A DNA stretch of 64,000 nucleotides, from the NCBI GenBank assembly GCA_963700155.1, contig OY969472.1, positions 1,064,690 through 1,128,689 on the forward strand, written 5' to 3'. The notes under the pieces are model-generated. The model was not told the DNA's origin and did no database searches. It saw only the letters and a list, made by a program, of their open reading frames with translations. Source of the stretch: an uncultured bacterium. Its GTDB lineage: Bacteria; Patescibacteriota; Dojkabacteria; J137. This document shows, piece by piece, positions 1 through 9,364 of the stretch. The position numbers were made by a program, and so were the translations under genes. Each line of letters starts with the position of its first letter. The first letter of the stretch is position 1.

Positions 1-7
1 AAATGGT

Positions 8-1315
8 TTGAAATGTATTCTATACAAAAGAAGTGATGTTCACTCTATAAATGTTTCAGTTGTCGTCAACGTTGGAGCATTAGATGAAAATATACAAAAC
101 AATGGAGTTTTTCATGTAATGGAGCATTTAGCACTTGATGGAACTAAAGAATTGAGTACATGGGACAAAGTTAATGATTTTGTTAATAACATATCAGCAA
201 GCAGTAATGCTTATACTGCTTTTGACCATACAAAATATTATGGTACTTTTCCTGATAAGTATGCTGAGGAAGCTGTTTATTTTCTTTCTCAAGTAGTTTT
301 ACATCCTCTACATAAAGACTCAGATTTAAATAAAGAAAGAATAATTATTTTAGACGAGATGGCTGGATATGAAGATTCAATAGGACAAAAAATATATAGG
401 ACAATGATTGAAAATAGATATCAAAAAATTGGTACTTCGTTTACTTTTGATATTATTGGAACAAAAGAAAATATAAAAAGATTTCAACAAAAGGACATTC
501 TAATTAATTATAAAGAAGCATATGTACCTGAGAATATGGAAATCTATATCGTAGGGAATTTTGATGTGGATGATATGAAAAAGTATATCTTGAAATATTT
601 TAATGATGATGTAAAAAAAATTAAATTTGGGAAAAAACCCAATAGAATATTTCATAAAAAATTCCCTGAATATTCCACTTTTAATATAAATGTTGGACAG
701 AAACTGGATTTAAATCAATATTATTTAACAATTAGTTTCCCTTGCTACGAATTCGCATTAACTACTCAAAGGAAAAGACATTTGTTAGGATTCTTATCTT
801 CAATGACAGCATCAGCTCAATATCAAAATTCAGTTCTTTGGAAAAGACTTAGAGAAGAATTGGGAATAGTCTACGGAGTAAATTCATGGTCACATTCGAT
901 GTATAATCGTGCTTTTTTCGCAATAGAAACCTCTTTTAATCCTGAGTATTTAGAAACAGTTATGAAGGAAATTTATAATGGTGTTAATACGATTTTAAAT
1001 GGAAAAATTTCTGATGATATTTTTAAAAGTAGACAAAAAAGAATTATTGATACCGAATTAATGAGATATGATAACCCTAATAATATTTTAAGTTGGATAG
1101 TTGATCAAGAAGATGAGCTTGCTATTCATCAAGAAAGTTTATCAATAAAAAAATATTTGGATCTAATTCAAAGTTATAAATTTAATGATGTTCTTCAAAC
1201 CGCAAAAGATACATTTGATTGGAATAAAGCAAATATTACAATTGTTTCAAAAGAGGATCCTGTAAAAGTTAAGAAAATGGCTGAAGGTATATGGAATAAA
1301 ATAACAAATGACTAA
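8..1315 (+). CDS. M16 (pitrilysin/insulinase) family zinc peptidase, probably 5'-truncated by the window edge
   Basis: Inverted zinc motif HVMEH, NAYTAFDHTKYY, C-terminal LWKRLREELGIVYGV. Confidence 0.9.
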   Translation: MKCILYKRSDVHSINVSVVVNVGALDENIQNNGVFHVMEHLALDGTKELSTWDKVNDFVNNISASSNAYTAFDHTKYYGTFPDKYAEEAVYFLSQVVLHPLHKDSDLNKERIIILDEMAGYEDSIGQKIYRTMIENRYQKIGTSFTFDIIGTKENIKRFQQKDILINYKEAYVPENMEIYIVGNFDVDDMKKYILKYFNDDVKKIKFGKKPNRIFHKKFPEYSTFNINVGQKLDLNQYYLTISFPCYEFALTTQRKRHLLGFLSSMTASAQYQNSVLWKRLREELGIVYGVNSWSHSMYNRAFFAIETSFNPEYLETVMKEIYNGVNTILNGKISDDIFKSRQKRIIDTELMRYDNPNNILSWIVDQEDELAIHQESLSIKKYLDLIQSYKFNDVLQTAKDTFDWNKANITIVSKEDPVKVKKMAEGIWNKITND

Positions 1316-1556
1316 AAAATCTTCTCCTAAAAAAAAGAAAATTAAAATTAATCCAGATATGAATTTAGCCGAATTCATAATCCAATACCCTGATCTTGTT
1401 GATGTTTTAATGTATGAATTCGGCTTTCATTGTGTTAACTGTATTTTTTCAGGAATGGATACCATTAGACAAGGTGCATCTTTGCATATGATAGAAGGAA
1501 ATGATTTTGATGAAATGATTGAGTATCTTGAAGACTATATTAATAACCCAGAATAA
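1308..1556 (+). CDS. DUF1858-like small CxxC protein
   Basis: YPDLVDVLMYEFGFHCVNC...TIRQGASLH pattern; overlaps the stop of the upstream gene. Confidence 0.75.
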   Translation: MTKKSSPKKKKIKINPDMNLAEFIIQYPDLVDVLMYEFGFHCVNCIFSGMDTIRQGASLHMIEGNDFDEMIEYLEDYINNPE

Positions 1557-1563
1557 TTTGGGA

Positions 1564-2238
1564 TTACTTGTCCAACAATTCTTTTAGATTTTGTAAGTTA
1601 GTACTCCATTCTTTCTTTTCAGTATCAAACCACTCTAATCCTTCGAATTGAAGTTTATATTTTGAGCTTGGTTCAACAACTGAACCAAGGTAGATATATT
1701 TTTTATTACTTGTTTTTGCCCATTCAATTGCTTTTGTCATCATTGCAATACCTAAATTGTTTTCTTTTGGAATATTAAGATCATAAAATGGATAAGCATA
1801 ATGGATCATTTCATTATTTATATAAGACAAACAGTAGCCTAAAGTTTTATTTACTTCGTTATATGTATAGATAAATACTGAGTTCATATTTGATTTATCA
1901 GGTTCTTGAAACATTTCCTTTATCTTTGAAGCACTCATTGTTCCGTCACCAAATTTTTGAGTGTAGAAAGTTTTACCTAGGGCATGTATTTCCCACGAAT
2001 AGTTTTCTAAAGGCAAATTTTGAACTTCTAACTTTAAATTATCATTCTTCCTAAGAATTCTTCTGTTCTCTGAATTAAGTTCAAAATTTGCTAAATTAAT
2101 TCTTAAAGATCGAGTTTGTATCATATTACCTTTTGCTGTTCTTGTTAATACAAAACCGTTATTATAGTTTTGAGTAACTTCTTCTTGATTTAATAATGGA
2201 ATACTTAATTCATCAGTTTTAAAATATTTGTTTGTCAT
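1564..2238 (-). CDS. Aminoacyl-tRNA-protein transferase-like (ATE/Bpt) GNAT protein
   Basis: TRSLRINL, YAYPFYD, LGIAMMTKAIEWAK...YIYLG...SKYKLQF resemble the ATE_C domain. Confidence 0.7.
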   Translation of the reverse strand: MTNKYFKTDELSIPLLNQEEVTQNYNNGFVLTRTAKGNMIQTRSLRINLANFELNSENRRILRKNDNLKLEVQNLPLENYSWEIHALGKTFYTQKFGDGTMSASKIKEMFQEPDKSNMNSVFIYTYNEVNKTLGYCLSYINNEMIHYAYPFYDLNIPKENNLGIAMMTKAIEWAKTSNKKYIYLGSVVEPSSKYKLQFEGLEWFDTEKKEWSTNLQNLKELLDK

Positions 2239-2344
2239 ACTTTAGTTTATAATTTATTAATTCTAAGATTTTTAATTAATAAAGTCCAATAAGAATTTAT
2301 ATTGAACAAATAGATTATATCTCATAAAATACATTATATTTATT

Positions 2345-2716
2345 ATGGCAAATAATATAGATAATATTAATAGTAAGATTGATTATTTGATTAGCGTTCA
2401 TAACGAAAACCAAGATACTACAATCGAAAATCTAGATTTATTTTCTCATGTTATTGCAGGGTTATTTCAGATATTGGCTATGAAAGGTGGCGAGGTCACA
2501 GAAGATGAAATAAAAGAGGATTTGGATATACTATTTCTTAAATTAAAAGATAAAATTGTTGGTGATATTGAACAAGAATTTAGAAATTATATAAAAAACG
2601 AGATAAATAGATATAAAGGTTTTATTGAAATAAATGATGTTTATAGTTTGGATTTCATAACTTTAAAATTAAGATTTACCAATTATATGTATAATTTAAT
2701 AAAAACCGAATATTAA
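2345..2716 (+). CDS. Hypothetical protein
   Basis: 123-aa ATG ORF, no motif recognised. Confidence 0.6.
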   Translation: MANNIDNINSKIDYLISVHNENQDTTIENLDLFSHVIAGLFQILAMKGGEVTEDEIKEDLDILFLKLKDKIVGDIEQEFRNYIKNEINRYKGFIEINDVYSLDFITLKLRFTNYMYNLIKTEY

Positions 2717-2777
2717 AAAAGTTATTTAACTTTTACTTATAATATAAAATTAATATTATTCATTAATTCTCCTAAAA

Positions 2778-3263
2778 ATGTCTCAAGATTACAAAGAACA
2801 GCTAGAAAGTTATTCTGATTTATCAAATCTAGAACCTATAGATCTTATCGAAAGTTATATTAATCATGATAATAAAGAATTATTTTATAATAGACTTTAT
2901 AATGTTGTGCTTAATATAACTGTTAGTTCGGATTTTAAAAATTTAAATGAAAAAGCAGAAATAATTGGTATCCCAAAGTTAGTTCAAGCAATTTTTGGAG
3001 AGCTCCCTGCAATTCTTATAGAATATACAAGCTCTACTAATGAAAAATTGGAAGAATATACTTTTAAGAATATACTGGAAGATCTAAGAGAAGATCTTAG
3101 TAAATATTTTAATATTAACCTTAATCCGATATTTCAAGATTATTATCATAACCTACATATTTTGATACCCCCAGAGCCTAGTTATTTTGATGCAATTGTA
3201 AAATCATTTTACGAGAACTACGAAAAAGAACTAAACAAAATATCAAATAATGCTATTGCATAA
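2778..3263 (+). CDS. Hypothetical protein
   Basis: 161-aa acidic ORF, no motif recognised. Confidence 0.6.
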   Translation: MSQDYKEQLESYSDLSNLEPIDLIESYINHDNKELFYNRLYNVVLNITVSSDFKNLNEKAEIIGIPKLVQAIFGELPAILIEYTSSTNEKLEEYTFKNILEDLREDLSKYFNINLNPIFQDYYHNLHILIPPEPSYFDAIVKSFYENYEKELNKISNNAIA

Positions 3264-3291
3264 TGTATAGTGCTAATTTATAATCACACCT

Positions 3292-3351
3292 ATGAATTTA
3301 AGTATCGAGTTTCAAAAACCTACAATTTTAAAGAAGTCAAAGCAATTCTAA
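3292..3351 (+). other. Candidate leaderless micro-ORF (MNLSIEFQKPTILKKSKQF) overlapping a hairpin
   Basis: TATAAT 3279-3284, 7-nt spacer, ATG 3292; hairpin about 3333-3365 with a U-rich 3' end. Confidence 0.3.
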
Positions 3352-3415
3352 TTGCTACTGGCTTTCTTCTGATGTTTCCCTCTTAAAAACAATAGAATAA
3401 AGTTAATATTAATTT

Positions 3416-3793
3416 ATGGGTAATATTGATAAAACTAAAATTGAATATACAATTCTAGAGTACATCTTTGAAGGTCATGTCGACAATGACTTAATTTTAA
3501 ATGTTGATGATTTCTTAAATTATCTTGAATTATTAAGTGATTCTGAAAAGCTTAATATTTTAAATACACTATCAATATTAAAGGATAAATATAAAAGGTA
3601 TAATCATTTGGAAGAATATATTAAAATTAGAATTAGAAATTATGGAGTTGGTTTGATTATTATTGAAATCGAAACCACTCTACCTATTGTAAGTGATAAA
3701 TATTTAGAAAGCACATTATTTCAAGAAAGGGGAAACTGTAGAGTTGCAAACTCTTCAGGACCTTATAATAGTTCAAAATTGTTAGAATCGTAG
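3416..3793 (+). CDS. Hypothetical protein
   Basis: 125-aa ORF ending 19 nt upstream of lysS. Confidence 0.55.
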   Translation: MGNIDKTKIEYTILEYIFEGHVDNDLILNVDDFLNYLELLSDSEKLNILNTLSILKDKYKRYNHLEEYIKIRIRNYGVGLIIIEIETTLPIVSDKYLESTLFQERGNCRVANSSGPYNSSKLLES

Positions 3794-3812
3794 TAATTAT
3801 TAAATAAGTAAA

Positions 3813-5354
3813 ATGGATGATAAAAAAAGTTCAGATTTAATTGGTCAAAGAAAACAAAGACTCGAAAAAGTTAAAAAGTTAAGAGATTTAGGTATAGACC
3901 CTTATCCAGCTAAATCTTTTAGAACTAACACTATAAAAGAAATTATTGATAACCCAGAACAATATTTGGTTGAGCAAGAAAAGAAGGGGAAAGAGGTTGT
4001 CTTAGCAGGAAGAATTACTAGTTGGAGAGGGCACGGGAAATTAGCCTTTGCTGATTTGGTAGATCAGGATGCTAAAATACAACTTTATATTAAAGATGAT
4101 GTATTGTCAGTAAAGGAGATTGAAGGTGGAAGGACACTCTCTTTTGATGAACTTGAACTAGTAGATGTTTATGATTTTATCGAGGTTTATGGTCAAATTA
4201 CTAAAACAAGAAGAGGTGAGCTTTCAATTCTTGTTAAACATTTAAGAATTTTAACTAAAGTATTAAGGCCACTGCCTACTTCACTTGAAGACAAAGAAGA
4301 AAGATTTAGAAGAAGATATGTTGATATGGCTGTTCATCCTGAAATTCGTGAACGAATGGAAAGAAGGTCACTTTTTTGGCAAGCACACAGAGAATTTTTG
4401 AATCAAAGAGGTTTTTATGAAATTAATATACCAGTTTTAGAGCATGTCCCTGGTGGTGGTGATGCTGTACCTTTTACTACACATATGAATGCTTTAGACG
4501 AGGACTTTTATCTTAGAATCTCTCATGAACTTCCATTAAAACGTCTAATTGGAGGAGGCTTTGAGAAAGTATATGATATTGGTGCAAGATTTAGAAATGA
4601 AGGATTATCTGATGAACATTTGCCCGAACATATAGCAATGGAATTTTATTGGGCATATGCGGATTGGAAAGATGGTATGAAATTTATTCAAGAATTATTT
4701 ACTTATGTTATAGGTAGAGTTTATGGTGATAAAAAAGTATTTAAAATTAGAGAATTTGAAGTAGATTTTTCAAAAGATTGGGAGATTGTTGATTTCAATA
4801 AAATAATGCAGGATAAATATGGTATCAAAAATATCTACTCAATTACTTTAGATGAAGTTAAAGAACTTCTAAGTAAAAATGAAATAGAATTTGATAGAAG
4901 CGTAAATATAGCAAGAGGTGTTGATGCATTATGGAAAAGGCTAAGAAAGACAATTCAAGGACCAGCATTTTTAGTAAATCATCCTAAATTTTTATCACCA
5001 TTACAGAAACCAAGTTTAGAAAATCCAAATATGGTTGAAAGATTTCAGCCGATTATTGCTGGAAGTGAATTAGGAAACGGCTGGAGCGAGGTTAATGATG
5101 CAGTTGATCAATATCAAAGATTTGTAGAGCAGCAAAATTTAAGAGATTCAGGAGATGCTGAAGCTCAATGGCTTGATGTTGATTACGTTGAGATGCTTGA
5201 ATATGGAATTCCACCTACATTTGGCTGGGGACATTCGGAAAGGGTTTTCTGGTTCTTAGAAGACGTTACTGCGAGAGAAGGTGTACCTTTCCCACAACTT
5301 AAAATGGATTTTGATAATATTACTAAAGAAATTTATCCAGAAGCTTTCGAGTAA
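3813..5354 (+). CDS. lysS: Lysine--tRNA ligase (class II)
   Basis: OB-fold N-terminus, YLRISHELPLKRLIGGGFEKVY, FRNEG, LEYGIPPTFGWG. Confidence 0.97.
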   Translation: MDDKKSSDLIGQRKQRLEKVKKLRDLGIDPYPAKSFRTNTIKEIIDNPEQYLVEQEKKGKEVVLAGRITSWRGHGKLAFADLVDQDAKIQLYIKDDVLSVKEIEGGRTLSFDELELVDVYDFIEVYGQITKTRRGELSILVKHLRILTKVLRPLPTSLEDKEERFRRRYVDMAVHPEIRERMERRSLFWQAHREFLNQRGFYEINIPVLEHVPGGGDAVPFTTHMNALDEDFYLRISHELPLKRLIGGGFEKVYDIGARFRNEGLSDEHLPEHIAMEFYWAYADWKDGMKFIQELFTYVIGRVYGDKKVFKIREFEVDFSKDWEIVDFNKIMQDKYGIKNIYSITLDEVKELLSKNEIEFDRSVNIARGVDALWKRLRKTIQGPAFLVNHPKFLSPLQKPSLENPNMVERFQPIIAGSELGNGWSEVNDAVDQYQRFVEQQNLRDSGDAEAQWLDVDYVEMLEYGIPPTFGWGHSERVFWFLEDVTAREGVPFPQLKMDFDNITKEIYPEAFE

Positions 5355-5383
5355 TTATTTCTAAAGAATTAAGAAAGGTATTA

Positions 5384-5720
5384 GCGCCGTCGTTTTACCG
5401 AACGGCGCCGAGGTACGGCTTTCCTAGCCTTGCCTCCAGGTCGGTTAGTACCGTTGCCTTAGGAGAACCAAAGTCCTCCAATGACCGATGAGCGATGTGG
5501 TCTGCTAGACGACAACTCTGAATCTGATGAGGTTGTTCGCCTGACGGTTCGCGGCGTTGAGGATGAGAATTCCTTCTTCGCGGCGAGTTTCATTGGAGTT
5601 ACCCTTAGAACCGTACATGATGCAAATCCTCCACTATTCATCGGTCTGCTCAGGCTCTGCCTTGTGAGCATCGGCCATGTGCATTGGCAAGAATATATCA
5701 TAGATAGTTTTTGATGACAA
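5384..5720 (-). other. GC-rich island with promoter, two short in-frame ORFs (5634-5684, 5505-5618) and a terminal hairpin
   Basis: 156/300 G+C counted over 5401-5700; minus-strand TTGTCA-17-TATATT; GGAGG before ATG 5618; GCGCCGT/ACGGCGC hairpin 5384-5408. Confidence 0.5.
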
Positions 5721-5780
5721 TAAATTTTGACAAAGTTTTTCAATAAGAAATATAATTAATTAATATTTTTAAATAAATAT

Positions 5781-6134
5781 ATGATTAGTCTTATAAAATT
5801 AAAACTTAATAAAATATTTAAAAATGAATTTCAAGAATTTGAAGACAATAAATCGGAAACTCAACAGCACTTGGAAGACATACTTATTAAATTTACAAAA
5901 GAGTATAAGCATGATTTAGCATTTGCATATGATATGCAAGATATGTATGGCACAGTAGAAGTTTTTAGGAAATATAAACCTTTAGTAGCAGAATTTTATA
6001 ATAATATTTTAAATTCAAATATTGATGAGGAATTATATGTTGAATATTTATCAATAAAGAATGGACTTCCTATGTATATTATTAGAGATCTTCTAACTGA
6101 ATCACAGGAATTGCTTAATCTATCAGAATCCTAA
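5781..6134 (+). CDS. Hypothetical protein
   Basis: 117-aa ORF with upstream TATAAT. Confidence 0.55.
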   Translation: MISLIKLKLNKIFKNEFQEFEDNKSETQQHLEDILIKFTKEYKHDLAFAYDMQDMYGTVEVFRKYKPLVAEFYNNILNSNIDEELYVEYLSIKNGLPMYIIRDLLTESQELLNLSES

Positions 6135-6136
6135 AA

Positions 6137-7036
6137 TTAAATAGAAGTCACTTTTGTTAAATGATAATTTCGACCTATACCTTCAAACCAGGTTCTTTGT
6201 CGCTTTGCATACTGTTTGTGGGCGAATTTCACTAATTCAACACACTTTTCAAGAGAAATTCGCCCTTCTAGGTACTCTACAGCTTGTTTATATCCCATGA
6301 TTTGAAGCCCAGGATCATCTTTTTTATATCCTAATTCAAGTATTTTTTTAGTTTCTTCAATAAGCCCATCTTTAAACATTTGCTCAACTCTATTTTCAAT
6401 CTTAATTTTTAACTTATTCCAGTCATATTCTGGATATAAAAATAAGTAATCGTATTCATGTAACGTATCATTTGAAAATATATCTTTTTCAGATTGGTTT
6501 ACAATACTTCCACTTTCGGCTTTTTCTATTAGACGTATCAGTCTTCTTGGATTATTTCTATCACTTTGATTTAAACTTTCAAATTTTTGATGATCTATTT
6601 TATTTAATTGTTTTTGAAGTTCATTTATATTTAACTGCTCTAGTTTGTTTCTCAATTCTAAATCTTGTTCTTCATTTAGATTGTAATTTTTAATAATCGA
6701 ATCTATGTATAATCCTGTCCCACCAACTAAAATCGGCAGCTTGCCACGTAAGCTTATTTCTTTTATAGATTTTCGGGCAAGCTGCCTCCATTCAAAAACA
6801 TTAAATCTTTTATCTGGAGTGATTAAATTAATTAAATGAATCGGAATTTTTTCAATTAAAAATTCATTCTTATTAATTTGCTTTATTTTTCCTTTATTAG
6901 TGCCAATATCTAAATATTTATAAACCTGTCTTGAGTCTGCATTTATTAATTCTCCATTATTGTTTTTCGCAATTTCTAAAGCTATATTTGTTTTTCCCGT
7001 AGCTGTAGGACCACCTATGATTAATATCTTTTCCAT
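6137..7036 (-). CDS. miaA: tRNA dimethylallyltransferase
   Basis: GGPTATGKT, NADSRQVYK, VGGTGLY, YAKRQRTWF. Confidence 0.97.
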   Translation of the reverse strand: MEKILIIGGPTATGKTNIALEIAKNNNGELINADSRQVYKYLDIGTNKGKIKQINKNEFLIEKIPIHLINLITPDKRFNVFEWRQLARKSIKEISLRGKLPILVGGTGLYIDSIIKNYNLNEEQDLELRNKLEQLNINELQKQLNKIDHQKFESLNQSDRNNPRRLIRLIEKAESGSIVNQSEKDIFSNDTLHEYDYLFLYPEYDWNKLKIKIENRVEQMFKDGLIEETKKILELGYKKDDPGLQIMGYKQAVEYLEGRISLEKCVELVKFAHKQYAKRQRTWFEGIGRNYHLTKVTSI

Positions 7037-7038
7037 TA

Positions 7039-7605
7039 TTATTTTGATTTTATTCTGTTAATTAAATTCATGAAGTTTGAATATAGTTTCTCTGCTTCAT
7101 TTATTGTTTCATCATCTAAATTTATTAATTCTTTTTTTTCTTCAATTTTTTTTATAGTTTTATCCAAAGCTTCGTGAAAAAAAAGTTCTCCAGGTGTTTT
7201 ATATATACTGTTAAATAAATTTAGCCATCCTTTTGGTTCTAGATAAGAAATTGAGCAGGCATTCATAAATAATTTTGATTCAAGATATTTCTGTTCTCCA
7301 CCATTATGAGTCTGAATGATTTCAATAATTTTATCTTTTTTTTCTCCAGTTACTTCATACTTTTCCAGAATTTGATCTGCATATGTAACAGCCATCCTAA
7401 TATGCTGACTAGATTTATTAAGCATTGTTGCTTCTTGAAGTTTGTAATCTGCAAGAATAAAACCTAATGTCAGAGCTTCTATGTCACACTCATATTTATT
7501 TAAAAATATATCGATCCATTTATCTCTTAAATCAAGAATTATATCTCCAGGAAGTTCTTTAGAATAAAGTTCATTTTGTAATCTTTGTATAAGTTTTTCT
7601 AACAT
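7039..7605 (-). CDS. Degenerate HD-domain-like protein
   Basis: LGFILADY where LHD is expected, then QHIRMAV, IIQTHNG, ESKLFMNAC. Confidence 0.5.
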   Translation of the reverse strand: MLEKLIQRLQNELYSKELPGDIILDLRDKWIDIFLNKYECDIEALTLGFILADYKLQEATMLNKSSQHIRMAVTYADQILEKYEVTGEKKDKIIEIIQTHNGGEQKYLESKLFMNACSISYLEPKGWLNLFNSIYKTPGELFFHEALDKTIKKIEEKKELINLDDETINEAEKLYSNFMNLINRIKSK

Positions 7606-7677
7606 AAAAGTAATTATACCAATTCAAATCAGATATAAAAAAGTATAAACTAATAGGTATACATTTTCAGAATAATT

Positions 7678-9036
7678 ATGGATCAAAATGAAATCTTTCT
7701 AAGAATATTAATCACTATTGTATTAGGTGCAGTGCTTGGTCTTGAAACTGAAACTAGAGCTATTGAATCAGAAGGAAAAAAACAAGCTACCCGTGAAGAG
7801 AAAAGAAAAATAGGAGGTTTAAGGACTTATACAGTTCTTTCACTTTTTGGTGGTATTGCTGGAATATTTTATTTAGCAGGTCTAAATATTATTGTATATA
7901 TTTTCTTTATTTCGGTAATGGCCTTCACTATTGCTGCTTATATTTTGAATGTTCAGTTAAAAAAAGCTTTCGGTTTAACAACAGAAATTGCAATTGTTTT
8001 AACATTTGCATTAGGATTTTTAACTACTTCAGCTGTAATACCTTTGCCTGTTGTTATGTTAGCAATAGTTTTATTAACCTTCTTTTTATCACAAAAAAGA
8101 GGTATTGGAGCTGCAATTCAAAAAATACAACATAAAGAAGTGATTGATGTAATAAAATTCGGATTAATTTCTATAGTTATACTGCCTTTGCTCCCAAATC
8201 AAGATATTTTATTAGGTAATATTACACATTTAATAGATCCTACTATATCTATTGCACCTTCATTATCAAATATTGTTTTGATAAATCCGTTTCAAATTTG
8301 GCTTTTAGTAGTATTAATTTCAGGAATAAATTTATTGGCTTATGTTTTAAGTAAATTTTTAGGAAAACAAAAAGGAGTTTTTTTTGCAGGGATTTTCGGT
8401 GGATTAGTATCTTCTACATCAGCAGTTATCTCTTTAGGATTAAAATCTAAAAACGAAAAGAAAGTTGAGAATTCAAAATTATTTTCTGGTGTTGCTTTAA
8501 TTGCAAATTCATTTAGTTTTTTAAGTATTGGGCTTTTAGCTTTTATCACAAGTAAACAATTATTTATTGAACTACTTCCTGTAATGTTACTAATGTTTTT
8601 AACTGGTTTATTAGTCGCTTTTTATTTAGCAAATAAAAGTGATAAAGATGTTAACCAAGAACATAATAATTTAGGATTAAAATATGAAGCTTTTTCAATT
8701 GGGCCAGCAATTAGATTTGTAACATTAATTGTAATTATAAAGTTAGTCGTTCAATTATTGTTAGTACAGAATGTAGATAAGGGAGTCTTAATTGCTATAA
8801 CATCACTTTCTGGTTTAACTGGAATGGATGCAGCTGTAATTGCTTTTGGACAGCTAGTAAATAATTCTGTTATTACCTTAAGTACTGGAATTATCGCCTT
8901 TATGCTTTCAAATTATATAAATTTCTTGGGAAAGTCTGTTTACAGTTTTTTATTCTCAGAGAGAAGATATTTTATTTATTTAACTTTAGGACTAATAGTT
9001 GTAAGTATTTTTGGTGCTTTAGGATTATTGTTGTAA
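7678..9036 (+). CDS. MgtC/SapB-DUF4010 family membrane protein
   Basis: LGAVLGLE, GGLRTYTV, GLTTEIA, GGLVSSTS, SGLTGMDA. Confidence 0.9.
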   Translation: MDQNEIFLRILITIVLGAVLGLETETRAIESEGKKQATREEKRKIGGLRTYTVLSLFGGIAGIFYLAGLNIIVYIFFISVMAFTIAAYILNVQLKKAFGLTTEIAIVLTFALGFLTTSAVIPLPVVMLAIVLLTFFLSQKRGIGAAIQKIQHKEVIDVIKFGLISIVILPLLPNQDILLGNITHLIDPTISIAPSLSNIVLINPFQIWLLVVLISGINLLAYVLSKFLGKQKGVFFAGIFGGLVSSTSAVISLGLKSKNEKKVENSKLFSGVALIANSFSFLSIGLLAFITSKQLFIELLPVMLLMFLTGLLVAFYLANKSDKDVNQEHNNLGLKYEAFSIGPAIRFVTLIVIIKLVVQLLLVQNVDKGVLIAITSLSGLTGMDAAVIAFGQLVNNSVITLSTGIIAFMLSNYINFLGKSVYSFLFSERRYFIYLTLGLIVVSIFGALGLLL

Positions 9037-9046
9037 AATCATTTCT

Positions 9047-9364
9047 ATGAAAAAATTTACTAAGAATGATGAAGGTTTTATATGTTTCAATTGTAGAAAA
9101 GAAGTTGAACAACTTAATAATTCAAGCAGAGATCACTGTAATTTTTGCTTATATGGATTACATGTTGATATAAATCCAGGGGATCGATTGAATGACTGTA
9201 AAGGTGTTTTAGAACCTATTGGTTTAAAGACTTCTAATGGAAAGACTCAGATTGCATATAAATGCCAGAAATGTGGGAAAATTATTTATTGTAAAAAAGC
9301 TGAAGATGATAATCCAAATAAAATTTTAGAATTAAATACAAAAATCTGGGAGGATTCTAATTAA
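9047..9364 (+). CDS. RNHCP domain zinc-binding protein
   Basis: FICFNC, RDHCNFCLYGLHVDINPGDR, CQKCG. Confidence 0.9.
   Translation: MKKFTKNDEGFICFNCRKEVEQLNNSSRDHCNFCLYGLHVDINPGDRLNDCKGVLEPIGLKTSNGKTQIAYKCQKCGKIIYCKKAEDDNPNKILELNTKIWEDSN

Noticed and set aside
5384-5690. RNase P RNA, tmRNA or hammerhead ribozyme in the GC-rich island
   Set aside because: GGTACTAACCGACCTGGAGGCAAGGC loosely recalls RNase P, but GAGGAAAGUCC and the 3' P4 strand are missing. There are no tRNA-like ends, and CTGATGA at 5524 has no matching GAAA.
5459-5743. Listed ORFs 5459-5743(-) and 5481-5714(+)
   Set aside because: They look like alternate-frame or antisense shadows and run across the predicted promoter
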